DNA of 64,000 nucleotides from Azolla caroliniana (taxonomy: Eukaryota > Plantae > Polypodiophyta): positions 3,720,001-3,784,000 of the forward strand of contig JBHGNT010000005.1 in assembly GCA_043228905.1 (NCBI GenBank), given 5' to 3'. Below, one piece after another: positions 1 through 13,300 of the stretch (its first letter is position 1; each line of letters begins with the position of its first letter). The notes under the pieces are model-generated. The model was not told where the DNA came from. It worked only from the letters and a program-made list of their open reading frames with translations, and made no database searches. The position numbers and the translations under genes were made by a program.

Positions 1-418
1 TGCATATCTCATACAGAATATAACAAATTTCTGAAACATATATCCTCAGTCAAATATTCAATCTGCATGTCTATATAAGCACTTCAAATCTATATTCTGG
101 ATTCCAAGTTGCTCTAAATACATAGTTATATGTTGTAAATAATGATCTAGAGTTAGCTAGTCTTGTCAGACCCCTGACTTATAGCTACTATTATCAAGAA
201 TAAATTTAACTATACCTAAATCCAAATCTCCACACTCTCTGAATAAATGATAATGAACAATAGTTTAGACTGTAGATCCCAATAAGAGACAAAAGACATG
301 CCGAAACCTTGATCATTTGTAAACACGAAACCCATTTTGGCAAGCAGAATGTTCAAAAGCACTATGTATGGACTTTTTCACTACATTTCATATGGAAGTT
401 TTAGTTATTTATTTTCAG

Positions 419-1057
419 GTAGTATTGCTTATCTGGAGCAAAGCATGCCTCTGCCAAAAGATGGAAAACAGGTAAACGAACAATATTCCTTGGATATTCC
501 GATTCCTGACTTATATATACTGTCAATCTTATCTATAAAAATAAAGTCTTTCAGGGATGGTGGGGATCAGGTTTTGGGTTTGGAATCTGGATTGGTTCTC
601 TTGTAGCCTCTGGGTTTACTGTTGTACCAGTGGCTCCAGCAGTTTGGAAGCGTGCTATGGAAGTTTCGGGTGACAAGGTTGAATACTTTATAGATGGTAG
701 TAGATCTCTATTCATTTATTTATTCATGTTTAGTTGTGCTTTTTGGATTGCTGAAAAGGAAACAGGATAACTCAAGGGAATCTGCTTCATTGTTATTCCC
801 ATCACTATCGTCACAACTTAAACGCAAGAAGGACCATGGTAAGGATTTAATTTTGGAGGTTCCTTTTTCCTTCAGGATGTGCTTCTCTATTTATGTATGG
901 AAAGTCATGATGTGGTTTTACAACGTTTTTTCTGCATGGAGGACGTGCGGAAGCACTCCTTATAGCGGCTTATGGGAAAGGGATTTCTCCGCCAGCTAAG
1001 GACATTAAAACGATCATACCTGAGAGCGAGCTGGTAACCCTCAATAGGTTGTTCTAG
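419..1057 (+). CDS. MOC1: Holliday junction resolvase MOC1 (RuvC-like, organellar), 3' exons only; 5' part lies upstream of the window
   Basis: Exons 419-471, 555-677, 766-838 and 942-1057 with GT-AG introns join in frame to [49 protein letters not shown]...[36 protein letters not shown]...*. These match the MOC1 motifs YxEQS..P.DGKQGWW and [19 protein letters not shown]. Confidence 0.92.
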
Positions 1058-2156
1058 CATATTGATCTCCATACAATTTACTAAACAGAAATCTTGGCTT
1101 TATAATGTAATTTCATCTCATGACATCGTTGTGTTAAATTATCATTGTAATGCGCTTTTGATTTCTTAGAGCTATACATGTTTAGTTCTCATTTTGAATA
1201 GCTGTTTATTGTGAGAGAAAACATAAATCTGTGTTAACAGTTTTGAAGTTGTATTTCCCTCGTTATGCAGTTCCAATTTTGCAATCCTCTATTTGCAATC
1301 TGATCCTTGGCCTGTTTATAGTAATAGATGGCCCTATTTAACTCACAAATCAATGCCTTAAGCCAAGCATACATCTCATTTTATCGAATCTATTCTGAGT
1401 CAATCAGCAATGGTTTTATTCTTGATGAGGGGAAGCACTTATTGGAGGAATAGGATTTCCTGGGTGCACACTTCCTTCGCGAAACAAAGCACAAAGCATT
1501 TCTTGGGGCAGTACTTCTCCGGTCATACATGTACATTAATTTTACCATAACAAACCCATCAGATGGCTAACAGTGTTGAGTCTGCCTAATATTGTGCCCC
1601 TTAATTTTGTGTATTAAGTGTTCTTAAATAAAATCTATTAAGTAATGAAGTGATCTGCACTTGACAAAGTCCAACGTACATGTTAAAGCTGCAGTTTGTT
1701 CTGACTACCTGTTGTTGACAACCATTGATGGGCGACCTCTATTGTTATATGAATCGACGCTCTATCTGCAGGGATTTAATCTACCCTGTGTTTGATCTTT
1801 GGACCTTTGCTGATTGACGACATCATTGCCGACCAAGACATCAACGGGTTATGTTTTGTCGGTACCCATTGCTAGATAGATGGTTTGGTGGTGCCATGAG
1901 TGTTCAGTGGGTGTTTCTCAGGGATTGTGTTGGAAATAGTCTTGTAATTGTCACACACAAATGATATTGAGAAGGTCAACTACAAATTTGGTACTTTGTG
2001 GGAGAACCAACTTTCATTATCTTTAAAGATACATGATAGCCTTTAATGAATCACCATGAAGTATTTGTGAGATGTGAGATGGGAATTATCAATGTGCCGC
2101 TTTATTTTTGGATAGGCATTAAATGTCACTTTCAGTTATCGACTTTGGCATTGTAA

Positions 2157-4182
2157 TCATTTTTTGGGTGACTTTGGATTGGAGCTTGCTGCACTAGGAC
2201 TCCCGAGTCTACTTGTATTCACTCCGGCGTGAGCATAGTCTACTGGACCATATTTTGCTACATGTTGATCAACAGGATTCCTCTTTGCAAATGGAGACCT
2301 ATGCATGCTCTCCACATACTTGGCTGCAAATGTTGTTATAGCAGATTTCCTATGTGGATAATTGAAGATAGGGTCGACTTCAACCTACATAATATAACAC
2401 ATTGGTTATTAGAGATGGCTTCGTGAGCACCATTACAAAAAAATCTCCTAACAAATTTATTCTCTAACATTTGATTCTTTTTAACCTTTTCTACTTAAAT
2501 TTACCTCTAGAGTATTTGGAAGAACCCGCAAATGTGCAAACTTAGATTATTGTGTTGAAGACATGATTAGATAGTGGAATGTGCCTCGGAATGGTTTAAA
2601 AGTCATCATTGTTGTGGTGCTCTTTGGACCACCAAGAAGTGGTGGCAAGGTGACAAGGAGGGGTTTACTCAATTTAGTAAAAGAGGTCATGAGCATCTAG
2701 ACATGAGAAACTATTGTCCTTAATCAAGTATCTGGACCATTTGTCTAGCACGTCCAATCCACCTTTGGAACCATTTATGAATGCTTGATGATAGAACATC
2801 CTTTGCAAGAGTATTGTTTGCATGCATAAGAGTATCCCATAGATATATGTATAAAACAATTTTGGCCCCATAAAGAATAAAGATCCTCAAAATGTTTTAT
2901 ATTTAAAACATATATAGACTCTCATTAAACCCAAAATCATATCTCCAAAGCTTAAATTTTGAACCAAACTACAAGTAATTAGTGCATTCAAGCTCTCTTG
3001 CAACACTATTTTGTGAACCCCGCTATCTTCAAACTTGATAGATGTTGCATTCAAGCTTTGTTTAGGGTGGTATTGGAATTTACATGCATAAAATTCCAAC
3101 TCTATTGTGTGACTGTGGTTCATGATTTGCCATGAAAGTCCTATGTTCCATATCCACGTTATACACATATACATATCTCTTATCAAGTCAATTGCAATGA
3201 AGCATTATTTTAATATTTTATCACATATGGGTCATAACAAAGGTCTAGGGAAATGACCATCTAAGTACAATCACATATTTATATGTTTTCTATCATTTAT
3301 GAAAATATCAATGGTCAAAGTCCACATTATTGATGTTACGCCAATAAATTAAGTTATGTTTTATTATTACAATTATTATAAAAAAAACCTTCCATGCAAA
3401 CAATTGATTGATGTATGATCCATGTAACACAACAAACAAACAAACACACTAATAAAGAACCATGTTGTTTGGATTTATACCACGCACTGTAAGAACAATG
3501 TACGACTTAAACAAATGCCCTAGATAATCTACCAAACAAAGGAAACATACCAACGGACGACTACACCAACCATACTCTTGAGACGAGGTTTGTGGTACTT
3601 CATATTTTTGGGTGGGAACCAAATCCATTGCATTAGAGATGCACACATTGTTTAAAAGATTTTGCGCCTCTTCTACTTCCTCATGCATCACTATATGGTG
3701 TATATTACATATACGGTTAGATATTACTTCAGGTTCTTTAGCCTATTGACATCGAAAAATTATAAATATCAATGCAAAGAATGTCTTTAACTTACAAGTA
3801 ATTGACGGTTTGTATTTGGTAGGCTTCTCTGCTAAATACACCACTATAACAAACATAATATACCTTGGTTAATTGTAGGCTAAAATGAATGCCCAACTTG
3901 CTTTCCAATATTATAAACACTATGATGCATGCTTGTGACCACGATTTTGATCACATTTTAACATAACGACTAGGATAAGATAATCAACATACATGTGGCA
4001 GGGTTGATCGAGAAATGAGTGGAGAGCTTGAGTATGGATCCTTCTTTTCGACAATGCTCCTTCCATATGGCATTACGGGAGACGGGGTCAATTTTCGAAG
4101 AGATCATGTCACCACTCGTCTTTGATTTGGGTGCAGTCTTGGTGGCTCCATCGGTGCTCGAGTTTGCAATAGTCATACTCAT
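2157..4182 (-). CDS. CFAP144: FAM183/CFAP144 family cilia- and flagella-associated protein (microtubule inner protein)
   Basis: Exons 4182-3993, 3843-3796, 3690-3551 and 2384-2157 are phase-compatible with GT-AG introns. The product contains DPVSRNAIWKEHCRKE...FSINP, P.QKYEVPQTSSQEYGW.SRPL and FNYPHRKSAITTFAAKYVESMHRSPF, the three recognisable FAM183 blocks. Confidence 0.82.
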
Positions 4183-4883
4183 TCAAACTAAATCACACAC
4201 ACGCACACCATTTAGAAGCCATATGAGATGAGAATAATGTCCAAGAGTTAAGACAATGGCAATGCAACATAATGACAATGATTGAGAGGGTGAGCGAGCA
4301 AGGATTGGCAAAAAGTTGGGGATTTGTGTAAAGTTTGGGGGGTATCGGGGTGAATTTACCAAAACCAAGAAGCATAATGTGTGCCTGCGTGCGTGTGTTG
4401 TTGTATTCATTTCATGGCAACGATGAAGATGATGCGTGGGTTTCCTAATGAAGTAAATTTATACAAATTGTAAATGGAATGGAATCGAACCCAGCCGCGC
4501 ATCTGGGGGAGATCCTTCTGCGCAGAACCAGATAGGTATATATAGATATATATATATCAATATCTATTTATTTATGAGCAGAATCGTTGGACGACTAATT
4601 TTGAACTGGGATTCCCAGCGGGAAGGAAAGATGGCTTCTCTCTCTCTCACACACACACAGAGTAGACTGTATCCTCTCATCTTTTCCTTCTGTATTCCTT
4701 ATTCCGTTTCAACAGCCCAAAATGAACGCGCGTCGTTTCATTTGCAGCCTCGTGTGGAAAATTGTCGACGATAGAGAGGGGTTAGTTAATTGGCCTAATA
4801 GGCCCATTCTGTAGTATACGTATATATACATATTCATATGGATATACATTTATATATATATATATGTATGTATGTATATAATG

Positions 4884-5143
4884 ATGTAGTGTGAAATCCT
4901 CTTGAGAATGTTTATACGAAACGAGGAAATCGTATGTTATACGAAATCCTTCTAACACAAATAGGCCAAATCTGTAAATTGTAATGTGTGTATGTATGCA
5001 TGCATGCATCCATACATACATACATACACACATATCACTCGCGCACACACACTCACACAAACACTATAGATATAAACATATATTGTATGTAGTGTGGAAT
5101 CCTCTTGAGAATGTTTATATGATACGAGGAATGTGTATGTTAT
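4884..5143. repeat. Direct repeat of ~57 bp (two copies, ~4884-4940 and ~5087-5143) within TA/TATG/CATA microsatellites
   Basis: atgtagtgtg(a/g)aatcctcttgagaatgtttata(c/t)ga(a/t)acgagga...gtatgttata occurs twice. Confidence 0.75.
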
Positions 5144-5779
5144 ATATCTTTTCTTTTTTTCTTTTTTTTTTTCCTAAAAAGATACGCCTTGGTATTTATT
5201 AAATCATAAGAAATACAAAAGTTGTGTTGGATAAACAAATATACCAATTGATTCCCTTGTATCCTCATCATAGCCGATTTGTTGAGCATAGCCAACAATA
5301 AGGGGTGAACAAGCAATAAGGAGAGGTGCCCTCGTTTTGCATCTTTTTGAAGCTTTTAAATCTTCATAAACTCGGCCTTCTTGTGCATAACCTTATCAAT
5401 GGCTGTTTTTTTCGAATTACTGCTTGATAAAACTGACATAGAAACATTATCATTGTAACAACTTTGTATGTTATATATCTTTACGGAACCACATTCCCAA
5501 TGCACACACCTTTGCACACTATTGTTCTTCCATGTTAATCAAGAGACCCCCCCCCCCCCCCCCCTTTGCAACGAGGGGACCTATGCACCATGCATAATAT
5601 GATTGTGCCTTTCCATGACTTGGAAGGTATGAACTATTATTATCAAGCTACCATGATTGATCACAAACTCGCCAAGCTTTAATGGATTTGTGCTTTACGC
5701 AAGACAAGCCCCACCACTTGGGATGAGGTGGAAGAGATCCAAGCCCCACATACCATTCAAGATTTAGGCGAACCATGCC

Positions 5780-6500
5780 TTCATCTTTATCGTTGATTGT
5801 ATCATTGCATCACTTTGCTTAGTGGAGGGTGTAAAGGCACAAATGAAAAGGTTAGATGGATGGTTTTTCTTTGTAGATTTCTATAAGGCCTTTTGTAGGG
5901 AGATGCTCCCTACATGAGGTGACTTGTATATATTAAATAATCAAGTATTGAGATGACTTAGGAACCCATTTGGGGGCAAGAGGGCCTATTATAGGTAATC
6001 ATAAGCACCATTGGTATGAAACAAAAGATGCGAACTCTCCACCGCCCTCGTAAGACACTACATCGACAAAGGTAGTACAATTCATCACATATGGATGTGA
6101 TTAAGGAATTAACATAGTCAAACACTTGTCCACGCATTTTATTGCACAAATGTTCCAATCAAGATATTGAATGGGATGCACGTCTACAATCTAATGCATC
6201 TCAACAAGAGAGGTTGAGTCTAAGTTATGGATTCCTATGTCAATGCACGAGTCACGCTTAAAGGCACTTTTCTATGACCGAGATCACCAAAGATCGACTG
6301 TAGTTAAAGCTATGCAACATTATCTCCAATGACAATATTAGTTGAACAAATTCTATCCCTTGTGATGATAGACACATTATTTTGAAAGGGAATCTCATCA
6401 GTCAAGATTGAGTTATGTTATGCCAAAGAATTATACCTCAGACCTTCGAGGCAACCAGTTGTCATGGAGATCATCGCACGTACTTTATCATAACCAATTG
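5780..6500 (+). mobile_element. Highly decayed LINE reverse-transcriptase relic (boundaries uncertain)
   Basis: The frame from 5822 reads VEGVKAQMKRLDGWFFFVDFYKAFCREMLP, resembling the L1 RT N-terminal motif K..G.DG...EFYK.F...L.P. There is no intact ORF. Confidence 0.35.
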
Positions 6501-7399
6501 CCACCATGTTCAATCTACTCGAGGAAACCCAAATGCGATATCTGTGTTCTTTATCATAACATTCCTCTACCACACAAACCAACATTGATACCATGTTCCC
6601 TCACAATCATTCACACAACACATAGTAGTGATGCACTGTTTGTCAAGTTGGGTTTGAATCTTCATATTCTAACACAATTTTGCTACACCATCCCTTTTCT
6701 TAAACTATATATCGACATGGGTGTATCAAACTAATTATTTCCACACAGTTGACATGTCCATCTCTATTGGTGTAATGTAGGAGCAATCACATACTCTCTC
6801 TGTCTCTGTTTGTTTGTTTGTTTGTCTCTCTCTCTCTCTCTCTCTTATTGCCGAGGGTTCAAATTTCCATTCTTTCACACATATTTGCTACACCATTGAC
6901 ACCTTAAATTCCGTCCTCGTCACGCTACATGCCCACAATTCCAGAAGCCTAAACGGAGTCATGATTCCCAAAGCACATATAACGCAAAGCAATTGACACG
7001 ATGAGTTGGGATAGGCGAACATATGTGATGACTATCGCCGTCTAGCCTTTTTATCTTTATTCACGGTATGTTAAAGTATTATCTTTTCGGACAAGCAATA
7101 AGAAGTACATAACTAGCTTCTTCTTCTTCTTCTCTCGAAACAACATATCATCGGAGAAACGAGTCATGATCAGTCCAACGGGCGGCCCAGGAGCCATCAT
7201 CCCCATTGTCCCTCCCTCGCTCTATATTATTTTTTCCAATATCTTCTTCTCCCCCCCCCCCCCCCCCCACCCCTGTCTCTCTCTTATCCAACAACATTCG
7301 ATCCATCCATGGATCCACACAGATAAATGTCGCAGATATTCAAATCATCGTGATCACCATCTCTGCTAAATGCGTGAATGCTGTCCCTCATAGCAGTCC

Positions 7400-10300
7400 A
7401 TGGGTACTCGCCTGATCTCATGGAATATTAACCATAAGCCTCGCTCTGTTAGCAACAACACCAGCAGCAGAAGCAGGAATACCACCAATACTAAAGTTTC
7501 TACTCATGTCTCGCTTTGTCTTTGCGTCTGTTCTTCACAGAAACGCAGAATTCTTGACCAGGACTTCGGCAATGCCTATTCAAAGAAGCAGAAGAAGCTA
7601 TTTGTTCTTGGTTTAAAAGGATCTGGTCATGGAAGTATGGCAAATTGTCGAAGCTTTAGTTTTTTCCGTTCTTTACCTGCCAAAAACGGCATTGCGACTC
7701 CTTCTATTGGAACTAATGGAAACCTTGATGGACATAGCTTGCCATATCGAAATAAAGCCACTAGATTTACACAGAGGAAAACATTGGTCTTTTGTTCTTT
7801 CCCTCTGGAAGATGGCAATAATGTCAGAGCTTCTGACCGAATTAATGGAACATTTGACAGACATAACCTGCCATATGGAGAGAAAGAGAAATTTAGAAAG
7901 AGAAGAACATTGTCTTTCTATGCTAAGCTCATAAAGTTCCTCAGAACCATTCGATCTTTTCTACCTGGAGGGACATGGTGGGAAATTCGTGGATTGAATC
8001 AAGGAGATGAAGAAAAGATATCGGTTATGTCGGCGATGCATCATCTTTGGATTTTGATCGCCCCTGATGGATTAATTGTTGGCATAGCATTCTTTGCACT
8101 TGTTATTGCTGCGGTAAATCTCCTCTTTCTCTTTTCTTGAATAAAAGTATTGTCTTTTGCTTTGCGTTAATACATACATTTGCATTTGAACACACACACA
8201 ATCACATATTTGCCTTATCACCAATCAAATGATTAAACTTAAACATTAACTTTGAACACACAATCCCAGAGGGGATCACATCTAATCCTACCTTTAATCA
8301 CCATAAACTCCAGAGCTCATGTCTTGGATTAGAAATGGCAGGATATTAATCAAATAAATAATTAGAATGTTTAAGCATTGACCAAAATTTAGAACATAGT
8401 TGATTTTGTAAACCCTTAAAATTACCCTGAATGCCAGTTCGACCCAGACTATCAAACCAATGCATCTAAGACTTACATTCCACTTTGCTGCAAGTCTGAT
8501 AGAAGGCACAAAGTGAAAAAGGAGCTAAACTAGGGGCTAGCTTACGATAAACTATTGAGAAGGAGCGCATGATACGTTACAAGGCACATGCCATCTTTCA
8601 TGGAGTAGATAAATGCCAAGGTGACAAATGAGGCATACCTATAAGTCACCATAGTATAGCACCGGGTTTTTACAAATGTCGACGCATTAGCACTCCAAGA
8701 TGAGCTCAAAAAATGTTAGAAGTAGCTTGTATGGATAGTTTAAGATCAGAAAATCCAGAAAGGGAATTGACAATGGTAACTGTGGATAATAAAGTTTTTC
8801 ATAGTACATTGTTTTCCTTTATTTATAATTATATTTTATATTTAGATATTTATAGATCTTTGTCATTGTTTTATTCAAGATAGCAAACTCCTAACTTCTT
8901 TAGAATGTCTTGCAGTTTTCTGAGATTGCCATACCTCACTATGTTGCAGCTACCATTTTCTCTGCACAAAGTGGTTTGAAACAAGAGTTCCTTAGAAATG
9001 CACAATTTCTTGCTGTTGTAACGTGTACCTTTGGTTTATTCAGGTGCAGTGAAAAGTGTAGTGGGTTATTAATATTGTTTTCAGTATATGTGTTATTGAA
9101 CCACCTGGTTCAAGAAATCTGACCAATTGGACTTGATGTGTCATTCACTATGGCAGTGGCATTCGTGGTGGAAGCTTTGGTATTGCAAATCAGATTTTAG
9201 TAAGTATTGGGTTGGATTTAAACAGTTAATTTTTTCTTTTAACTCGTGCTTACATCTACATCATACATATCTAGATGGTATCATTGATTGTGTGTCCCAG
9301 GTGCAACGAATGAGGGAGAGACTATTTTCTACCATGTTAAGCCAGGCAAGTTTGCTCCATTTTACTTCTATAGCAAAATGTTTTCTGGCTCTTACTTTGC
9401 ATTAGCTATTTTGCAGGACATTGCTTTCTTTGATGAAGAAGCTGTAGGCATTCTCACTAGCAGACTCGGATCAGATTGTCAACAAGTCTCACGAATCCTC
9501 GGTCATGACCTAAATATCATGTTGAGGAATGCTCTGCAGGTAATCTTTGTATTTTCTAAAGTACATGATATTTAATATTTGATGATTATCTAACTTACTT
9601 ATTATTCAGGGTTTAGGATCGTTTTTTTATTTGACAACAATTTCAAAGCCATTAGCATTATCCACCCTGATTATTTGTTCAATTATGTGGTGTATTATGA
9701 CTGGATATGGACGGTATGTCACTATATTATTTCTATCCTATTTACAAAGAAAAATTCCAACAAGCTCATATTTTATTCCAGATTTCAAAGACGCGTTGCA
9801 AGATCTGCCCAAGATTCAATCGCTGCAGCTAACAAGGTTGTATGGAAAGCAAGTTATTTATTGATTAATGGAGTTAATACATAGAGTATTTAAGTCTCTC
9901 TTAACAACAACATTACTCGTCTTGTATCTTATTAATGATCAGGTTGCTGAGGAAAATCTTTCATTAGCAAGGGTGATACGTACATTTGGAACTGAGAAGC
10001 AAGAGATTTCAAGGTGAAGGTTGGTCATTTTTTGCGTTTAAGGATGTGTTTTAAGCTAGCGACTGGGTTCAATTAGATTTTAGAATAATTGTATTATCTA
10101 TCTATTTGTGACTTGGTAATAGCCGCTTGTATGCAGGTATAGTAGGTGGATAATACATTTGGTTTTAAGGATGTATTTTAAACTAGTGAATGGGTTCAAT
10201 TAAATATTAGAATAATTGTATTATCTATCTGTTAGAAAATTTGTGTTTAAGGATGTGTTTTAAGCTAGTTTAATTGGATATCAGAATAATTGCACTATCT

Positions 10301-13300
10301 ATGTATTTGCCACTCAGTAATAGCTACTTATATGTGCAGGTATAGTAGGTGGACGAAACATTTGGTTGAAATCAATCTCCGTCAAAATGTGGCCTATGGG
10401 TTTTGGACTTGGAGTGCGAATACTCTATATAATGCCACCCAAGTAAGCATAATCTCTTAATTGCATAATACCTTGACGTATGAATTTATTATGAATATTG
10501 AATGTGATCTGCATAAATATTTTCCTTACAGGAGCTAGTATAAGTGTATAACTGTTCTTTTGTGAGGAATTTATAGGTGTTCTTCTTATGTCCAGGGGCT
10601 GGTTTTGTAGGTAGTGGCATTGCTGATTGGGGGCAGCTATGTATTTATGGGTAAAATCTCTGCAGAACAGCTTACTAAGTTTGTCTTGTACTCCGAATGG
10701 GTTGTTCATTCAACTTGGTGGGTTGGAGACCATTGGGCTTTACTGATGCAGTCAATTGGGGCTAGTGAGAAAGTCTTTGAGTTAATGGATCTGCCACTTA
10801 GCAGTCAACTAACCAATCAAGGTATACAAATTTGTTGTGTACATTGTACTTCATTGCTGAATAAGTTGTAGATAAGAGTTATTTGATTGAGAAAATTTGA
10901 GGTTTATATGATACATATGATTCACACATCCCAACGTTAAAAGAACCCCTCATTGTTACTGCCGAGGATTAAAATGCCATACGGTTCTTGCAAAAACCTA
11001 CTTTCATTGCATTTCATTTTTGTACAAATAGAATATTGTATCATTTCTGCATCTGAATAAATCAGTGAAGTTGAAGTGATCTGAGTTGGCAGAACTGGCA
11101 AAAACAGGTTGGTGTCAGAGGCAATAGCCAATCAAAGCCTTCTTTCAATTTGCAGCTCAGGCTTAGCAGTCTGTTTCCATGAGGTTTACAAAATATCTCG
11201 GCTTCTCTCTAGAAAAGATGAAGTTCCCCAGAGTGGGATGCCTCCGTTAACACCTTACCCTCCCTAGAGTGAGATTGAAGCAGGATGAGCACTTCTCATA
11301 CCTAGAGCTGACAGTCTTTCCAAGTTATGTGAAGGAGAAATTTAGAGAGAGGAACATCCCTTGTTCAAGTGTCCAGATTATATGCACTTCAGAGATAAGT
11401 ATACCATACTCTCGGTGGAGTACACAATCCTTCAATGGAGAAGGCTGACCCATTTCACTGTTGCCAAGGCTTGCTCCAGTTCCAAAACCATAGGTATCAA
11501 TCCTTATATTAGAATATGTGATGCAGAAATAATCGCACATCACTGAATTCTTCTATAGGCCCATACCTCATTGAGACCATGCCAAGGAGTTAGCATTGAG
11601 CAAGCAGAGCAATGCCAAGGACAACCAAGACTGCCAGTACCATGCTAAGATGCTCAAGGGCCATACCAGGACAAGATCATGGAGATCATTGCTTGTGATG
11701 TTCAATCTTCTCAATGAGAGCTGTTGGGGAACTTCGTTGTACCCTGTTCGTTCACCATCACTCTTTCCGTATGTAGTAGTTCTGCATTTCATGCTTGTAA
11801 AACCATCTCAAGAATCATTACCAATTGTAAAGCCACTTTATGCATTAAGATCATTAGCATGGATCTTTAGGAAACCTAAAGCTTTAATATTTGTTTCAGT
11901 ATGGATAACTTGAATTCACCCATATTTGTAGTCATGATTTGTCTCATAGGCCACTTTTGACCTCACATAAATTCTAAGATATCAATCTTTCTTTCTCACA
12001 TGACTACATTGTTCCCACTGAGTGATAGTCCATCCATCTTCCATTGTTTGCCAAAGGAAGCCTTCAGGTACATGCGTTGATGCTATAAAGCGCAGGTTGC
12101 AGGTAGAGGACAAACATGCAGGAAGATGCTTCTGAGACGAATTGGCTTTTTACCTGTAATGGTTGGCAGCTCTCAAATATTAAAGCCCAAACCAGCCTCT
12201 CATATGGGGAGGTGGATAGAGAGGCTTGCCACAATCTTCAAACATCAGTTTAGGCATGCCCACTGGCATTAGAGTTAAATTCAGGGCTTATGATAAGAAC
12301 TATGTTAGTTGTTGAGCTCAAAAAAAGAGCACAAAACAGTATCTTTACTGTTGATATTGTATCAGTAGTTTATGATTGCATAAACATAAACATGCATACA
12401 TAGATACCTCTTTTGATGAAAACTATTTTTCTTCCCAGGAATACAGCTGCCGACACTAGAAGGGAAGATACAATTCAAGAATGTGTCATTTCAATATCCA
12501 ACCAGACCCTCGGTAGGATTTGAGTGCTTGAAGTGGGTTTGTGTCTTGTGGGAAGATAGTATCGTTTTTCTAAAACTGGATATAATGATTGCCAATCCGA
12601 GGTGGACATCTACCACAAGGAAAAACTTTAATTAATGAAGTCAATTTTGCAGATACCAGTGCTGAGGAGGGTGAACTTATGTATCCAACCTGGTGAGGTT
12701 GTTGCTGTTGTACGTTTCCTCTCAGCTGATATCTGTTCTTTGTCCTTTGTGCAAGAGTTTTTAATTCCATATATTGGCTATATCATGATTGAACTTTTTG
12801 TTTCTTACAAAAGGTTGGGCTGAGTGGGAGTGGCAAGAGCACGTTAGCTGGATTGCTTCTTCGCCATTATGATCCTTCTATTGGGGAGGTGAAGAAAGTT
12901 CAGATTCTATGCCTCAATATTATTTTACTTCAAATATCCACTTTGATTTCTCAAATATTTATCACCTACAGATTCTGATAGATGGGGTTCCGCTCAATAA
13001 ATTGGATATAAAGTGGTTGAGGCGACAGCTTGGTGTTGTGAGTCAAGTAAGTATTCTTCTAATATACACGAGAAATTCAGATAGATTTCTAATGTAGTCA
13101 TCCACTATCAGAAACAAGTTGGCTTACCTTTTCCCTTAAGGTTTCTAGGTTTTCTTAGCTTTTCCCTAAACCTTTGCTTTGATGGTTGATGTTCAGAGGG
13201 ACATGAATCCATTGTATGGATGGATTGTGGTTGTGAAACAATTTATCTTAGGACACATAGTAGGCATTTGATTGGAACCTTGTACTAGGACCCGGCTGGA

